Shown here piece after piece: positions 1 to 17,840 of a DNA stretch of 64,000 nucleotides. The notes below the pieces were generated by a model. It did no database searches. It was not told the origin of the DNA and was given only the letters and a program-made list of their open reading frames with translations. Each line of letters begins with the position of its first letter. The stretch's first letter is position 1. The translations under genes and the position numbers were made by a program. The stretch comes from the human T2T-CHM13v2.0 reference genome, Homo sapiens. The stretch is from the NCBI RefSeq assembly GCF_009914755.1, contig NC_060947.1. The stretch is one strand, 5' to 3'.

Positions 1-449
1 CGTGCTTCTTGTGTAGCCAGCAGAACCATGAACCAGGTAAACCTTTTTAAAAATAAATTACCCAACTTCAGGTATTACTTTATAGCAACACAAATGGACT
101 AAGACAGAAAACTGGTACCAAGAGTGGAATGTTGCTGTAAAGATACCTGAAGATGTAGAAGCAGCTTTGGAGTCAGGAAATAAGCAGAAGTTGGAAAAAT
201 TTGAAGGCTTCAGAAGACAGGAAGTCCACGGAATGTTTGGAATTATTAGGGACTGGTCAAGTGGTTGTAACCAAAATACTAGTAGAAATATGGACAGGAG
301 AGGTCAAGCTGACGAAGTCTCAGATGGAAATGAGGAAGTTATTGGGAACTGGAGCAAAGGTCACACTTGTTATGCCTGAGCAAAGAACTTGAGTGCATTA
401 TGTCCATGCCCAGGGGCTTTGTGGAAGACCAAACTTAAGAGCAATGACC

Positions 450-816
<367 letters not shown>

Positions 817-856
817 CTAAAAGCAGATGATCATATATGGAAGTAAAAGAATGACT

Positions 857-1149
857 GGCCGGGCTCCTTGGCTCGTGCTTGTAATCCCAGCACTTTGGGA
901 AGCTGAGGCAGGTGGATCACCTGAGGTCAGGAGTTTGAGACCAGCCTGCTAACATGGTGAAACCTTGTCTCTACTAAAAATACAAAAATTAGCTGGGCAT
1001 GGTGGTGGGCACCTGTAATCTCAGCTACTTGGGAAGCTCAGGCAGAAGAATCACTTGAACCCAGGAGGCAGAGGTTGCAGTGAGCTGAGACAGCACCATT
1101 GCACTCCAGGTTGGGTGACAAGAGCTAAACTCCATCTCAAAAAAAAAAA
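857..1149 (+). mobile_element. Alu (AluS)
   Basis: Full Alu; TSD aaagaatgac. Confidence 0.95.
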
Positions 1150-2244
1150 GAAAGAATGACCTAAAGTTGGAACTTATAATTAAAAGGGAAACAGAGCATA
1201 AAAGTTTGGAAAATTGCAGCCTGGCCATGTGGTAGAGAAGGAAAAAGCATCTTCATAAGGGAAATCCAAGGGTGCTGGAGAACAACCACTTGCTAGATAG
1301 AGGATAAAAGGGAGCCAGGTGCTAATAGTCAAGACAATGGGATAAAGGTCTCCAAGCCATTTCAGAAGACTTCCAGTCCACCCCTCCCATCACAGGCCCA
1401 GAGGGCTAGGGAGACAGAATGGTTTTGGAGGCTAAGCTGGGGCACCACTGCCCTGTGCCACTTTCAAACGTTGCTCCCTGCATCTGTGCTGCTGAGACTC
1501 CAGCTGCAGCTCAAACAGCCCCAGGAGCGACTCCCACCACTCCAGAGAATGCAAGCCATGAACCTTGGTGGCTTCTATGTGGCGTTAAGTCCACAGGTGC
1601 GCAGAATGCAAGAGCCACGGAGGCTTGGCAGCTTCCCCCTGGATTTCAGAGGTTGTATGGAAAAGCCTGGGTGTCCAGGCAGAAGCCTGCCACAGGGGCA
1701 GAGCCCCCACAGAGAGACTCTACTAAGCCAGTGCTGAGGGGAAATGTGGGGTTGGAGCCACCACAAAGTGTCCCCACCAGGGCACTGCCTAGTAGGGCTG
1801 TGGGAATGGGGCTGCTGCCCTCCAGACCCCAGAATAGCAGAGCCACTGGCAGCGTGCAATCTCAGCCTGGAAAACTCACAGCCATTCAACTTCAACCCCT
1901 GAGAGCAGTCACATGGGCTGTGCTCAGCAAAGCCATAGAGGTCGCACTGCCCAAGGCTTTGAGGGCCCACCCTTTGCATCTGTGTGCCCTGAATGTGGGA
2001 CATGGAATCAAGGATTATTTTGGAGCTTTAAGATGTAATGTCTGTTCTGCTGGGTCTCAGACTTGTGTGGGGCCTGTTGCTCCTTTCCTGTGGCTGATTT
2101 CTCCCTTTTGGAATGGGAATATTTACCCAATGCCTGTACCACCATTGTATTTTAGGAGTAAATAACTTGTTTTTGATCTTACCTGGTAGGAACTTGCCTT
2201 GAGTCTCAGGTGAGACTTTGCACTTTGGACTTTTGGGTTGGTGC

Positions 2245-2535
<291 letters not shown>

Positions 2536-2908
2536 AACCTTTGGTGACTATTAGGAAGGAATTATTGTATTTTGCAATGTGAGAACGACATGAGATTTGG
2601 GTAGCCAGGGGCGGAATGATATATTCGGATATGTTAAAATTTGATACCTAATATTGAGGTTGAGGCCTGGTGGGAGGTGTTTGGATCCTGGGATGGCTCT
2701 TTATGAGCCATCCTCATGGTCAGGAGTCAGTTCTCGCTGTATTAGTTCCTATGAGTACTGATTGTTAACAAAGAGCCTGGCACTTCCTTCTTTCTCTCTT
2801 CCCTCCTCTCTTATCATGTGATGCTGCCCCCTCTTTGCCTTCCTCCATGATTGGGAGCTTCCTGGAAGCTTCCTGAAGCCCTCACTGGAAGCAGGTGCTG
2901 GCGCCATA

Positions 2909-3223
<315 letters not shown>

Positions 3224-3335
3224 TGAGTGCGCCATGCTTGTTGTACAGCCTGTAGAACCATGAGTCAAATAATCCTCTTTTCTTTATAAATTACCCAGCC
3301 TCAGGCATTCCTTTATAGCAACACAGACTAGAACA

Positions 3336-3698
3336 TCCCACTTATCTGCAGTTTCACTTTCTGCAGTTTCAGTTATCTGAGATCAACTGAAGTCCAAAAA
3401 TATTAAATGGAAAATTCCAGAAATAAACAACTCATATGTTTTAAATTTTGTGCCATTCTGAGTAGCATGATGAAATCTTACGCTGTTCTGTTTTGTCCTG
3501 CCTTTGGCTGTGAATCATCCCCTTGTCCAGCATATCCATGCTGTCTATGCTACCTCCCCACCCCATTAGTCATTTAGTAGCTAGCTTGGTTATCAGATGG
3601 AAAAAACATAGTATACATATGGTTCAGTACTATTCCTAGTTTAAGGTGTCCACTGGGGGTCTTAGAACATATTACCTGTGAATAAGGTGGGACTACTG
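3336..3698 (+). mobile_element. MER44A-like (Tigger7 family) DNA transposon
   Basis: cttatctgcagtttcactttctgcagtttcagtta...aataaggtgggactactg followed by TA; left TIR cut by the MSTB LTR. Confidence 0.8.
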
Positions 3699-3908
3699 TA
3701 TTCCGGATTCAAGTTCTTTATCAAATATATAATTTGCAAATATTCATTCCCACTCTGTATGTCCTTTCATTCTTTTAACAGTGTCTTTCAAACAGTAGAA
3801 TTCTTTATTTGATGAAGTGAGAATTTTTGACTCATTGTTTTAGTTAGAATGCCTAACAGAAAACATAACTCAATAAGAAAACAATAATTAACTATAAGAA
3901 AATTTTAT

Positions 3909-4220
<312 letters not shown>

Positions 4221-4261
4221 AAAGAAAAAGAAAATTTTATTATCTCCAACTTATTATAATA

Positions 4262-4488
4262 CAGGTTGAGTATCCTTTATCTGAAGTCCTTGGGGCCAGA
4301 AGTGTTTTGGATTTCAGATTTTATAATATTTGCATTATACTTTCCAGCTGAGCATCCCTAATTTAAACATCCAAAAATTTGAAATGCTCCAGTGAGCATT
4401 TCCTTTGAGTGCCAAATCAGTGCTCAAAAAGTTTCAGATTTTGGAGCATTTCAGGTTTTGAATTTTTGGATTAGGAATACTCTACCTG
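4262..4488 (+). mobile_element. MER46A/Tigger4a DNA transposon
   Basis: TA-caggttgagtatcc...ggaatactctacctg-TA terminal inverted repeats. Confidence 0.85.
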
Positions 4489-4519
4489 TAATAAATTCTG
4501 AAGTAGGATGACTCCACTG

Positions 4520-4820
4520 TTGGTTAATTTAGCTTCTCAGCAATATTATCAAGGACCCAGATTCTTTTTTTCAATCTTTCTGCTCTGCCATCCTCAGGCT
4601 CCTGGTACTCTTCAGGCTAGTCACCTCATAGTTGCAAGGTGGCTGCTGAAGTTCCTTGCATCACATCCAGACATGCAGTAGAGAAAGGAAGAATCTAGAC
4701 CATCTTTTCTATCTGTCTTTCATTAAGAGTGAGGAAACCTTTCTTAGAGGAAGCCCAGAAGACCTTTACTCACATCTCATTGACCAGCACTGGGTCACAT
4801 AACCATCTACAAACTAGACT
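4520..4820. mobile_element. Old MLT1-type MaLR LTR fragment
   Basis: aaggtggctgct...cacatctcattgaccagcactgggtcacat motifs. Confidence 0.6.
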
Positions 4821-4838
4821 AGCATAAACCCCTTATAT

Positions 4839-5688
<850 letters not shown>

Positions 5689-5907
5689 GACCAGACGCAG
5701 TGGCCCACGCCTGTAATCCCAGCGTTTTGGGAGGCCGAGGCAGGTGGCTCACCTGAGGTCAGGAGTTTGATACCAGCCTGACCAACATGGTGAAACCCTG
5801 TCTCTACTAAAAATACGAAAATTAGCTGGGCCTTGTGGCTTGGGCCTGTAATCCCAGCTACTCAGGAGACTGAGGCAGCAGAATCTCTTTAACCTGGGAG
5901 GCGGAGG
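5689..5907 (+). mobile_element. AluS, 3' truncated
   Basis: Alu stops at ggaggcggagg with no tail. Confidence 0.9.
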
Positions 5908-5942
5908 CAACTTCTGTAGACAGCCAAAGACAGAAAATCAGA

Positions 5943-6212
5943 CAGTCATGTGCCAGCGTAATGTTGTTTTGGTGAAGAATAGGCCACATATACTATGGTG
6001 GTCCCCTAAAATTATAATGGAGCTAAAAAATTCCTATCACCTAGTGACGTCTTGATGATCCTGACCCTGTGTTGGTCTAGGCTAATGTGTGTGTTTGTGT
6101 CTTTGTTTTTAACAAAACAGTTTAGAAAGTAAAAAAATTAAAAATATAAAAAAACTTATAGAATAAGAATATAGAGAAAATATTTTTGTATAGCTATACA
6201 ATGTATTTGTGT
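5943..6212 (+). mobile_element. Tigger3 (MER7/Golem) 5' fragment
   Basis: cagtcatgtgcc...tggtggtcccctaaaattataatggagctaaaaaattcctatcacctagtgac. Confidence 0.8.
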
Positions 6213-6631
6213 ATGCTGTAATAATTTTGTAATCACCACTATTGAGATGAGCTCAAGTATTGCAAGTATCTGCTTAAAATGCCATGTGACACTAATCATC
6301 TCCATGTGAGTAATTCATATCTCCAGTAAAAAGTGATCCCTCATAGTTCTTGCATATTTTTCATAATATTTACTGCAATACTGTAAACCTTGAGTAACAG
6401 TATGGAACCCATATGGGGTGCCACTAATGATGCTGGAACTGTCCCCAGGAAGCAGAGAAAAGTCATGACATTACAAGAAGAAGTTGAACTGCTTGATGTG
6501 TTCTGTAGATTGAGGACTTCAGCTGCTATTGCCTGTCATTTCAAATAAATCCAGTGTAAGGATAATTGTAAAAAAAGAGAGAGAGAGAAAAGTAAAAACC
6601 AACAGCTGTGAAAACCTTGTACCTTCTGTGA

Positions 6632-6959
<328 letters not shown>

Positions 6960-7137
6960 CCGAAAATGCAGCTTTTATGTGGGTGCAGGATTCCTGTAAG
7001 AAAGTGATATGTATAGATTCTAATATGATGTGAGAAAAAGTGAAGTCATTATATGGCAACATAAGCAAAAGGAAGGTGGAAGATCTAAGCTGAACAATTC
7101 ATTGCCAGCAAAGGATGAAACCATAATTTTGGAAAGA

Positions 7138-7441
<304 letters not shown>

Positions 7442-7545
7442 AAGAGTTTTGGTTTTAAAAATATTAAGATAACAGGAGAAGCAGATTCTGCTGACCAAGA
7501 GGCAGCAGACGAGTTCCCAGATGCCATTTAGAAAATCATTGAGGA

Positions 7546-7927
<382 letters not shown>

Positions 7928-8082
7928 CTATTCTAAAGAAAAAAAAAAAGCCACAAATCGCATATCACATCTACTAGTAAGGAAGAGAAGTGAGTACCAG
8001 GATTTTTAAGGCAGGAAGGGATAGGCTAACTCTCCTGTTTTGTGTAAATGTAGTTGAGTTTATGATCAGAACTGCCCTTATC

Positions 8083-8390
<308 letters not shown>

Positions 8391-9808
8391 TGCCCTTATC
8401 TCTTAATATAAAGCTACTAATCCCTGAGCCTTGAAAGGAAAAGATAAACACCAGCTACCAATCTTTTGTTTGCACAACAAGAAGGTCTGAGCAATGAGAA
8501 CCCTTTTTCTGAATTGGTTCCATCGAAACTTTGTCCCTGAGGTCAGGAAGTACCATGCCAATCAGGGATTGCCTTTTAAAGTTCTTTTGATATTGGACAA
8601 TGCCCCTGGTGTCCCAGCACTCCATGAGTTCATCAACAAAGGCACTGGAGTGGTCTACTTGCCCTCAAACACAGCATCTCTAATTCAGCCTCTAGATCAG
8701 GGGATCATAAGGACCTTTAAGACTATTACATGCAGTACCCTATGGAAAGGATTGCTCTATGGAAGAGAACCCAGATAGAACATCATGAAAGTCTGGAAGG
8801 ATTACACCATTGAAGATGCCATCGTTGTTATAGAAAAAGCTATGAAAGCCATCAAACCTGAAATAATAAATTCCTGCTGGAAAAAAACTGTCTAGATGTT
8901 GTGCAAGAGTTAACAGGGTTTATGACAGAGCCAATCAAGGAAATCATGAAAAAGATTGTCAATACAGCAAAAAGGTGGGGGGTGAATAGTTTCAAGATAT
9001 GGATCTTGGAAAAATTCAAGAGCTAATAGACACCACACCAAAGGAAATAACAGAAGACATCTTGATGGGGATGAGTGCTTCTGAACCAGTACCAGACGAT
9101 GAGGAAGAAGACGTAGAAGCAGTGCCAGAAAACTGACATTAGACAATCTGGCAGAAGGTTTCCGATTATTCAAGAATACTTTTGACTTCTTTTATGACAT
9201 GGACCCTTCTATGACATGGGCACTGAAACTAAAGCAAATGGTGGAAGAAAGACTGGTATTGAATAGAAACATTTTTAGAGAAATGAAAAAGCAAAACAGT
9301 CAGACAGAAATTATGATGCATTTCTGTAAAGTTACAGAATGTACTTGCCTCTCCTGCCTCCCCTTCCACCTCCTCCAACTCTTCAGCCTTTGTCACGCAT
9401 GAGACAACAAGACCAACCCCCCTCTTCTTCCTCCTCCTCAGTCTACTCATTGTGAAGATAACAAGGATGAAGACCTTTATGATGATCCACTTCCTCTGAA
9501 TGAATAGTAAATATGTTTTCTCTTCCTTAAGATTTTCTTAATGACATTTTCTATCCTGTAGCTTATTTTATTGTAAGAATACAGTATATAATACATATAA
9601 CATACAAACTATGTGTTAATCAACTGTTTATGTTATCAGTAAGGTTTCTAATCAACAGTAGTTAAGTTTTTGGGGAGTCAAAAGTTATATGTGGATTTTT
9701 GAGTGTGTGGAGGTCAGTACTCTAACCCCTACATTGTCCGAGGGTGAACTGTAATTTGCAATTTTCTAAAGTTACCTCCTATTTATTGCAACAAGTCCAT
9801 TTCAATGT

Positions 9809-10087
9809 GGCTGGATGTGGTGGCTCATGCCTGTAATCCCAGCAGCCCGATCACCTGAGGTCGGGAGTTCGAGACCAGCCTGGCCAACATGGTGAAACCC
9901 CGTCTCTACTAAAAATACAAAAATTAGCCAGACCTGGTGGCTGGCACCTGTAATCCCAGGTACTCGGGAGGCTGAGGCAGAATTGCAATGTACCCAGGAA
10001 GTGGAGGTTGCAGTGAGCCGAGATCGCGTTGTTGCACTCCAGCCTGGGTGACAAGAGTGAAACTCTGTCTCAAAAAAAGAAAAAAAG
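9809..10087 (+). mobile_element. AluS with small internal deletion
   Basis: cccagcagcccgatcacc lacks about 20 bp of the left arm. Confidence 0.9.
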
Positions 10088-10879
10088 GAAATGTTTTCTC
10101 AGAATTGTCCCCTCTCTTAAATTTTTGAGTCTTTTCATGAGCTCACGATTTGTCTCTGACTGCTCATTCTGAAGAGGGGACTTAATGTTTGTCTATTACT
10201 GGCATTAGAGACAGGTTCTCTCTGAGATGGTATTTCAGACAAAGGAGAAAAGAGAAAGTTCATATTTTCTGTAGTTTTATTTTTCTATGTTGGGGGATTC
10301 AACTGTGACATGAGGAATATGACATGAGCTACCAAAATGTAGTTATATGCCAGGGATTTTAACTGTTTTTTGAAATGATGAGCTTTCACCCCTCAAGTAG
10401 TCTGTGGGCCAGTGCAATGTTGTGTAGTTCCCAATGTCTCTCATGACTTGAATTTTCTCCTTAGAGTGAGATTTCCTTCCATTTTTGCCTCAGGCTCCTG
10501 CTGTCTGAGGTTTGGAGTTCCTGTGTCAGATCATAAGTGTAATTGCCCATGGAAAATAGGGAGCTCATGGTACAAGAACCTTCCTGATGTGCCAATGTTT
10601 ATTATGATAGCCTGCAGTAAATTGGGGCATAATACCCCTCCTCTAACTGGTTCAACGACCTTCTTTAGGATCTTGCTGTGGTGATGCCTCCCACTTTTCA
10701 TGCCATCTGCAGCAAATGAAGGCTGGGGTCAGGCTTCAGCTAGTTGGTCCCGATGTGAAATGCTGGGACAGTTATTACAATCCGTTGGGTCCCTCTGTGG
10801 CATCTCTCTGCTCCCAGTTCCTGCTGCTAACTTTGAACATTTCCAAATCTTTTCTGGGGAATAGCCCTCTTACCTTTTA

Positions 10880-11328
<449 letters not shown>

Positions 11329-11647
11329 TTACACTTCTATGGTTATTTCAATCAGAGATTATGAAAGAAAGAGACTTAAACATGTGTGTTGAAATCATTA
11401 TCTTCTCTGCATACCAAAGTGCTTAGGGATGATGTATACTGATGTCTCCAACTGACTTTGAAATGCATCAAAATAAGATAAGTTGATGGATAGATATATG
11501 TGATAAAACAAATATAGCTAAATATTAATTCTAGAATCCAGGTGATGAGTATGAGTGTTCACTATATAATATCTATAATTTGTTATATATTTGAACAATA
11601 TCATAATACAATGTTGAAACATCATTATCTTTAAACTGGAAATCAAT

Positions 11648-12003
<356 letters not shown>

Positions 12004-12189
12004 TAATTTTCACAAGAAGGTACTGGTGATGTATATTTTCTGAGCCTATGATTATCTTTTGCCTTCTTAAAACGTCTCTACTTGAATTATGCCCTCTGTC
12101 ATACAATCAGTATTTCCCTCTCAACTAGATTTTTGCCATACCCTAGCTTCTCTAAACTTAACAATCATCCTTTGAGTCCTTCTGCAGAT

Positions 12190-13165
12190 ACTTCCACATT
12201 AGGGGATGTGCCAGCCTTTCTTGTTCACAGATACATCCCCGAGCCTAGAATAATGCCTAGGCCTTATTAGTCATTTAGTAACTATTTGTGGAGTGAATAA
12301 ATGAATATCTCTGTTGTTCTTAATGAGCCACACTTCTAAAAATGGTTGTCTGTACTCTTCTTTATTGCTACCACCTCTTGACTTCCCTTATCACCCCCTT
12401 TAAATTTGGTTTCTACCCCCATAACTCAACTGAAATGGCTCTTGTCAATATGACTGATGGACTCCATATTGCCAAATCCAATGGCCATCTTACTGCCTTC
12501 TAATTCCTACTTTCAACAGGATTTGACACAGTTTACCACTCCTTCCTTCTTGAAATGTTTTCTCCCTCAGCTACTGTGACGCTACAGACACAGAAGGTTT
12601 GTAGGTTTGCCTCTTGTACTTCTTTATGATTTCCCTTCCTCTACACTTTGGAGCTCCTCAAGACTTGCTCCTGAACCCTCTTCTCTCTCTAAATGTATGC
12701 CCCTAAGTGATTTCATTCAGTCTCATAGATTCCTAATTTAAACTCTCTAGCCCATACCACTCCTCCAAGATCTAGATTAATACATCCAACTGCCTAGTGA
12801 CATCTCTGCTAGGATGTCTCATAGACATTTCAAATCTAACATGTGAAAATGCTGATTTTTCTCTCCCCTCTCCTTGAAGCCCAGCTTTGCCCCAGTCTTC
12901 TCCAGCTCAGAAAATGCCAGAGATATTTAATGGTTTTACTTGATTTCTTTCTTTTTCTCACTCCTCATAATCCAATAGTAAATTTATCTAATTCTATTTC
13001 TAACGTATACCTCAGATCTGTCTGTGTCTATCCCACTCCACTGCCATCACTGTAGTCCAAGCTACCCTCTGTGTCCTGGAATAATGCAACAGTCTTCCAG
13101 CAAGTGTTTGTGCTTCATCCTTGCCTCCATATAGGCCAAGCTCTACAGAGCAACCAGAATTAACA
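12190..13165 (-). mobile_element. L2 LINE remnants
   Basis: ccatattgccaaatccaatggcca, atccaactgcctagtgacatctc and catttcaaatctaacatgt L2 motifs. Confidence 0.7.
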
Positions 13166-13179
13166 TTTTAATCTTATTT

Positions 13180-13505
13180 CTGGACTTCCAGTTCTTGCCA
13201 ATGTGGAATAATCCCATTCCTTCCTGGTCTTCCTTCTTAAAACTGGCAAACCTTGGACAGAACTCAACAAACAAGCATAGGAAGGCTCTGAAAAGTAGAA
13301 AGAAGAAGGCACACTGCCCTGGGATCTTATGACTTGAGGAATGACACAGCAGTGAGTTCCCTGGGTTTCCTTAGTGCTCCTCATATTTCTTGATTGGTGA
13401 GGGTGCTGGTGATGCTTCCAACCCCAAATTGCCAACAGCACACACAAAAAAGCTCCAAGAAAAACCTCTCCCATCTAGTCAAAAGGCCAGGAAAATGGTG
13501 GCCTA
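13180..13505 (+). mobile_element. Old L1M 5' UTR fragment
   Basis: ggacttccagttcttgccaatgtggaataa resembles an L1M 5' end with a decayed YY1 site. Confidence 0.55.
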
Positions 13506-13759
13506 ATTGCAGAAAACTTTTTGGCTTTTGTCCTTAACCTATTATCTGCATGTGGTGGCCCCAGTTCTGGACATCGATCTCCCATGCAATCACATTCAAA
13601 GACAGGAAAGAAAAAAATTTTCCTTTGTATCAGAGAGAGAAATCTTTCCAAGAAATCTCACAGCGGACTCCTTGGGTCCCATTGGCCAGTATTGGGTCCA
13701 CCGCCTAGTTGCAAAGTGAATGTTTAGCTTTCTCAGCCTCTATGATGAAAAGTGGTCTA

Positions 13760-14997
13760 AGAATTTTTGGGTCTTTCTCATGAATTCTTTGTGTAAAATC
13801 AGAAAAGCTGACTGTCCGTAGGGACCACTCATGAGCTCCCCAGTGTTCAAAGAGCTGCAATGATCCTATCTTCAGACACAAAAGCTTTTGACAAAAACAT
13901 CCTTTCCACTCTCCTGTGCACTTAATTATGGTCCAGTGCTGTGCTCTTCGAATGCCTCTTCCTGCTCTTCAGAACTGTTGGAGGGACCCATCTGCCTCCT
14001 GCATCCTCTCTGTGGCCAACTAGGAATCATTTGATGAATTTTGGTGACTTCCATAAAAAGAAGATACTTCAGAACTGAAATCACCATGAGGAGGGAGGCA
14101 AAAAGGCGCACTCATGCTGTTCTCCAAGGAATCTATGATTTCCCACATCAAACACACAGCCAGGGAATTGTTCCTGGAGGCTGTGGCCACATGGGTCATG
14201 GATAAGCGGAGAATGTATCTTCCAGAAGAATTACACATGCAGAGAATGTACTCATGTTTTTCCTATAACAGATGAGTCCCTTTCTAGGGAAGAAGATCCT
14301 TACACTCAACCAGATGGCTCCAGTGGTTCTCAACCTGGTTTTCAGTTCATCTTTACTAAACATTATGTTATGTCTTCCTAAGAAGAAGACGTGTCTGAAA
14401 GCATCCGGTGTTATTGTGGTTTAATACTCAGGATGAATTTAAAAAGCCAGAATAACCACCTTCTGGTGTATCCTGATATATTGGCTTTGAAGGATTCCAG
14501 AGAGTGTCAGCCTACGTAGGACAGTCCAGGATTATTAATTGTTTCCAATTCAAGTCCCTTGAAGATCAGCAGGTTCCCCAAGAGGCTTTCTTCTGATATT
14601 TACTTATCTGCCTCAAGACCAACCTGCCAAGGAAAACACAATGGCCTTTCATTCCCTCCCAGATATCTCATTCTGGATGGCAGGGGGAAGATATGAATAC
14701 AATCCCACCTGGAGGACTTTCACAAGAGATCCAGTTCATTCAAGTTCCAAAGAGAGTCATTGATAAGCTAATGTCTGCCTCCTGGAAGTTCCATCCCCCA
14801 ACCCTAAAAATATTGACTACCCCTCAATATTACCTTCCTTCCCCCATCTCCCTGGCTCCTGTGAAGAAGGGTATGGGGGCATCTGGCCATCCTTGGATTG
14901 TTGAGTCATTGCTCTCCTGTGATTTACCCCCTTGCATGTTCATTAAATATGCATGTGTTTTCATCCTAGGAACAAAAAAAAAAAAAAAGAAAAAAAA
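13760..14997 (+). pseudogene. Processed pseudogene (retrocopy) of an unidentified mRNA, inserted in an MLT1 remnant
   Basis: ~1.24 kb of non-repeat sequence; ATTAAA at 14942; poly(A) 14974-14997; TSD aaaagtggtcta at 13748-13759 and 14994-15005; coding-like frames with stops. Confidence 0.85.
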
Positions 14998-15172
14998 GTG
15001 GTCTAGACTGTTAACAAAGAAAAGAACTGAAATGACTGGGGCAGGAAACCAATAGTGAGTGATTGTCATATCTTCTAAATTAGGTTGTCCCATGTTGTTC
15101 TGAATCATGACTATTTGTTTTCTTCTTGGACACTATCTCAGTTTTAAGTTATTTATTCATTTATGTCTTTGC

Positions 15173-15474
<302 letters not shown>

Positions 15475-15799
15475 ACTTTTAAATTATAAGTCTACCCCAC
15501 AAGACTTTTTTGGGCTTCACAAGGTCAGGAAACATATCTGCATTGTGAACTGTTTTATCTCCAATAGCTAGCATATTGTCTAGCATGGAGTAGGAGCTCA
15601 AATATCTTACAGAATAAATGAATGAAACTGAACACATCTTTTTTTTTTACTTTACATATGAAAGAATCTTTCTAAGTATAAAATTCTTGGGTCACAACCA
15701 TTTCCGTCAAAAACTATAGACATAGATCTCTTGTCTTTTGGAATTTAGTATTACAGGGAAGGTCAGCTTGATTTGTAAGCAACCTGTTTTGTCTTCTAA

Positions 15800-17520
15800 A
15801 GAAACTTTTTATTTTGAAAGAATTATAGATTCACAGAAAGTTAAAAAGATAGTACAAAGAGATCAAGTATATCCTTACCCTGTTTCCCCCATTGACATTA
15901 GTATAAAGTATGTAGATATGTGTTGCCACCACTGCAGTCAACATACAATACTATTCCATAACCACAAAGATCCCCTGGTGCTATGCCTTTTTAGTCATAC
16001 CTAGCCCTTCCCCATCCCCTACTATCCTAAAAGCCTTCAGCCACTAATCTATTCTACATCACTATTGTTTTGTCTTTCCAAGAGTATTATGTAAATGGAT
16101 CATACATGTGTGGCCTTTTGTGATTAGTTTTTTTCATTCAGCATAATGCCCTTGAGAGCCATCCAAATTGTAGCATGCATCAATAGTTCACTCCTTTTTA
16201 TTCTTGAGTAGGATTCTATTGTATGGATGTACTAGAGTTTGTTCAGCCATTCAGTCATTGAAAGATGTTCTGGTTGTAGCTGTTGTAAACATTTGTGTAC
16301 AGGTTTTTGTGTGAACATAATTTTTAATTTCTTTGGGATAAATGTTTAAGAGTACAGTTCCTGGATCATATCAAAATTGCATGATTAGTTTTATAAGAAA
16401 CTGTCATACTTTTTGAGAGTGGCTGTACCGTTTTACATTCCCACCAGCATTCCCATCATCAGAGATCCGGTTTCTCCATATCCTTGCCAGCATTGGGTTT
16501 GTCACTATTTTTTTTATTTCAGCTGTTGTAATAGGTGTGTAGTCATCTTCATTTCCATTTCCTTAATGGCGTTGAATGTCTTTTCATATGCTTATGTGCC
16601 ATCCATATATCCTCTTTAGTGAAACTCTCCTTTGATATATTTTGTCTACCTTCTAATTGAATCGTTTATTTTGCACAATTGAGTTTTGAGGTTTCTTTAT
16701 AAATTTTAGATATGTCTTTAGCAGATATGTGATTTGCAAATGTTTTCTCCCAGTCCATAGCTTACCTTTTCATCCTCTTGCCAAGGTGTTTTGCAGAGAA
16801 AAATTTTAAAATTTTGATGAAGTGCAATTTGTTGATATTTTCCTTTTACAGATCATGCTTTTGGTGTCAAGTCTAAGACCACTTCAACAAGCCCTAGGTT
16901 CTGAAGATTTTCTTCTATGTGTTCTTCTAAGATGACTAAAATTTTACATTTTATGTTTCAATCTATAGTTAATTTTAAGTTAATTTTTGTATAAGGTTTG
17001 AGGTTTAGGTTGAGGTTTATTTATTTGCTTATGTATATCCAATTGCTCCAGCACCATTTGTTGAAAAGGCTGTTTCCTCCATTGAATTATGTTTGCGTCT
17101 TTGTCAAAAATCAATTGCTGAGACTTGTGTGGGTCCACTTCTGGGTTCTCTATCTGTTCCATTCATCAATGTGTCTATTCTTCTACCAATAACTCACAAT
17201 CTTGATTATGGTAGCCAAATGATATGTTTTCAAATTAGGTGAAGTGAGTCCTCCTACTTTATTATTCTTTTCCAAAATTGTTTTAGCTATTATAGTTCCT
17301 TTGCTTTTCCATGTAAATTTTAGAATAATCTTGTCTATATCTACAAAACATCCTGCTGGGATTTTGAAAAGAATTTCACTAAACCTGTATATAAATTTTA
17401 GGAAAATTTCTATCTTTATTAAGCTGAATCCTTCACAGTATTTTCTCCATTTACTTAGGTCTTCCTAAAATGTATTTCAATGATGTTCTGTAGCTTTCAG
17501 TGTACAAGTCTTGCACTTAT
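15800..17520 (-). mobile_element. Old L1 (L1MC-like) 3' UTR and ORF2 end
   Basis: Minus-strand ORF2 remnant IENPEVDPHK..QLIFDK (16980-17162). Confidence 0.85.
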
Positions 17521-17530
17521 TTTGTTAAAT

Positions 17531-17840
<310 letters not shown>

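Noticed and set aside
8494-8778. DDE transposase ORF as a domesticated TIGD-like gene
   Set aside because: Fragment of a Tigger2 broken by stops, frameshifts and four Alus.
14150-14245. BACK-domain-like stretch (LFLEAVATWVMDKRRMYLPEEL) as a clue to the retrocopy parent
   Set aside because: Similarity is too weak and not supported by flanking sequence.
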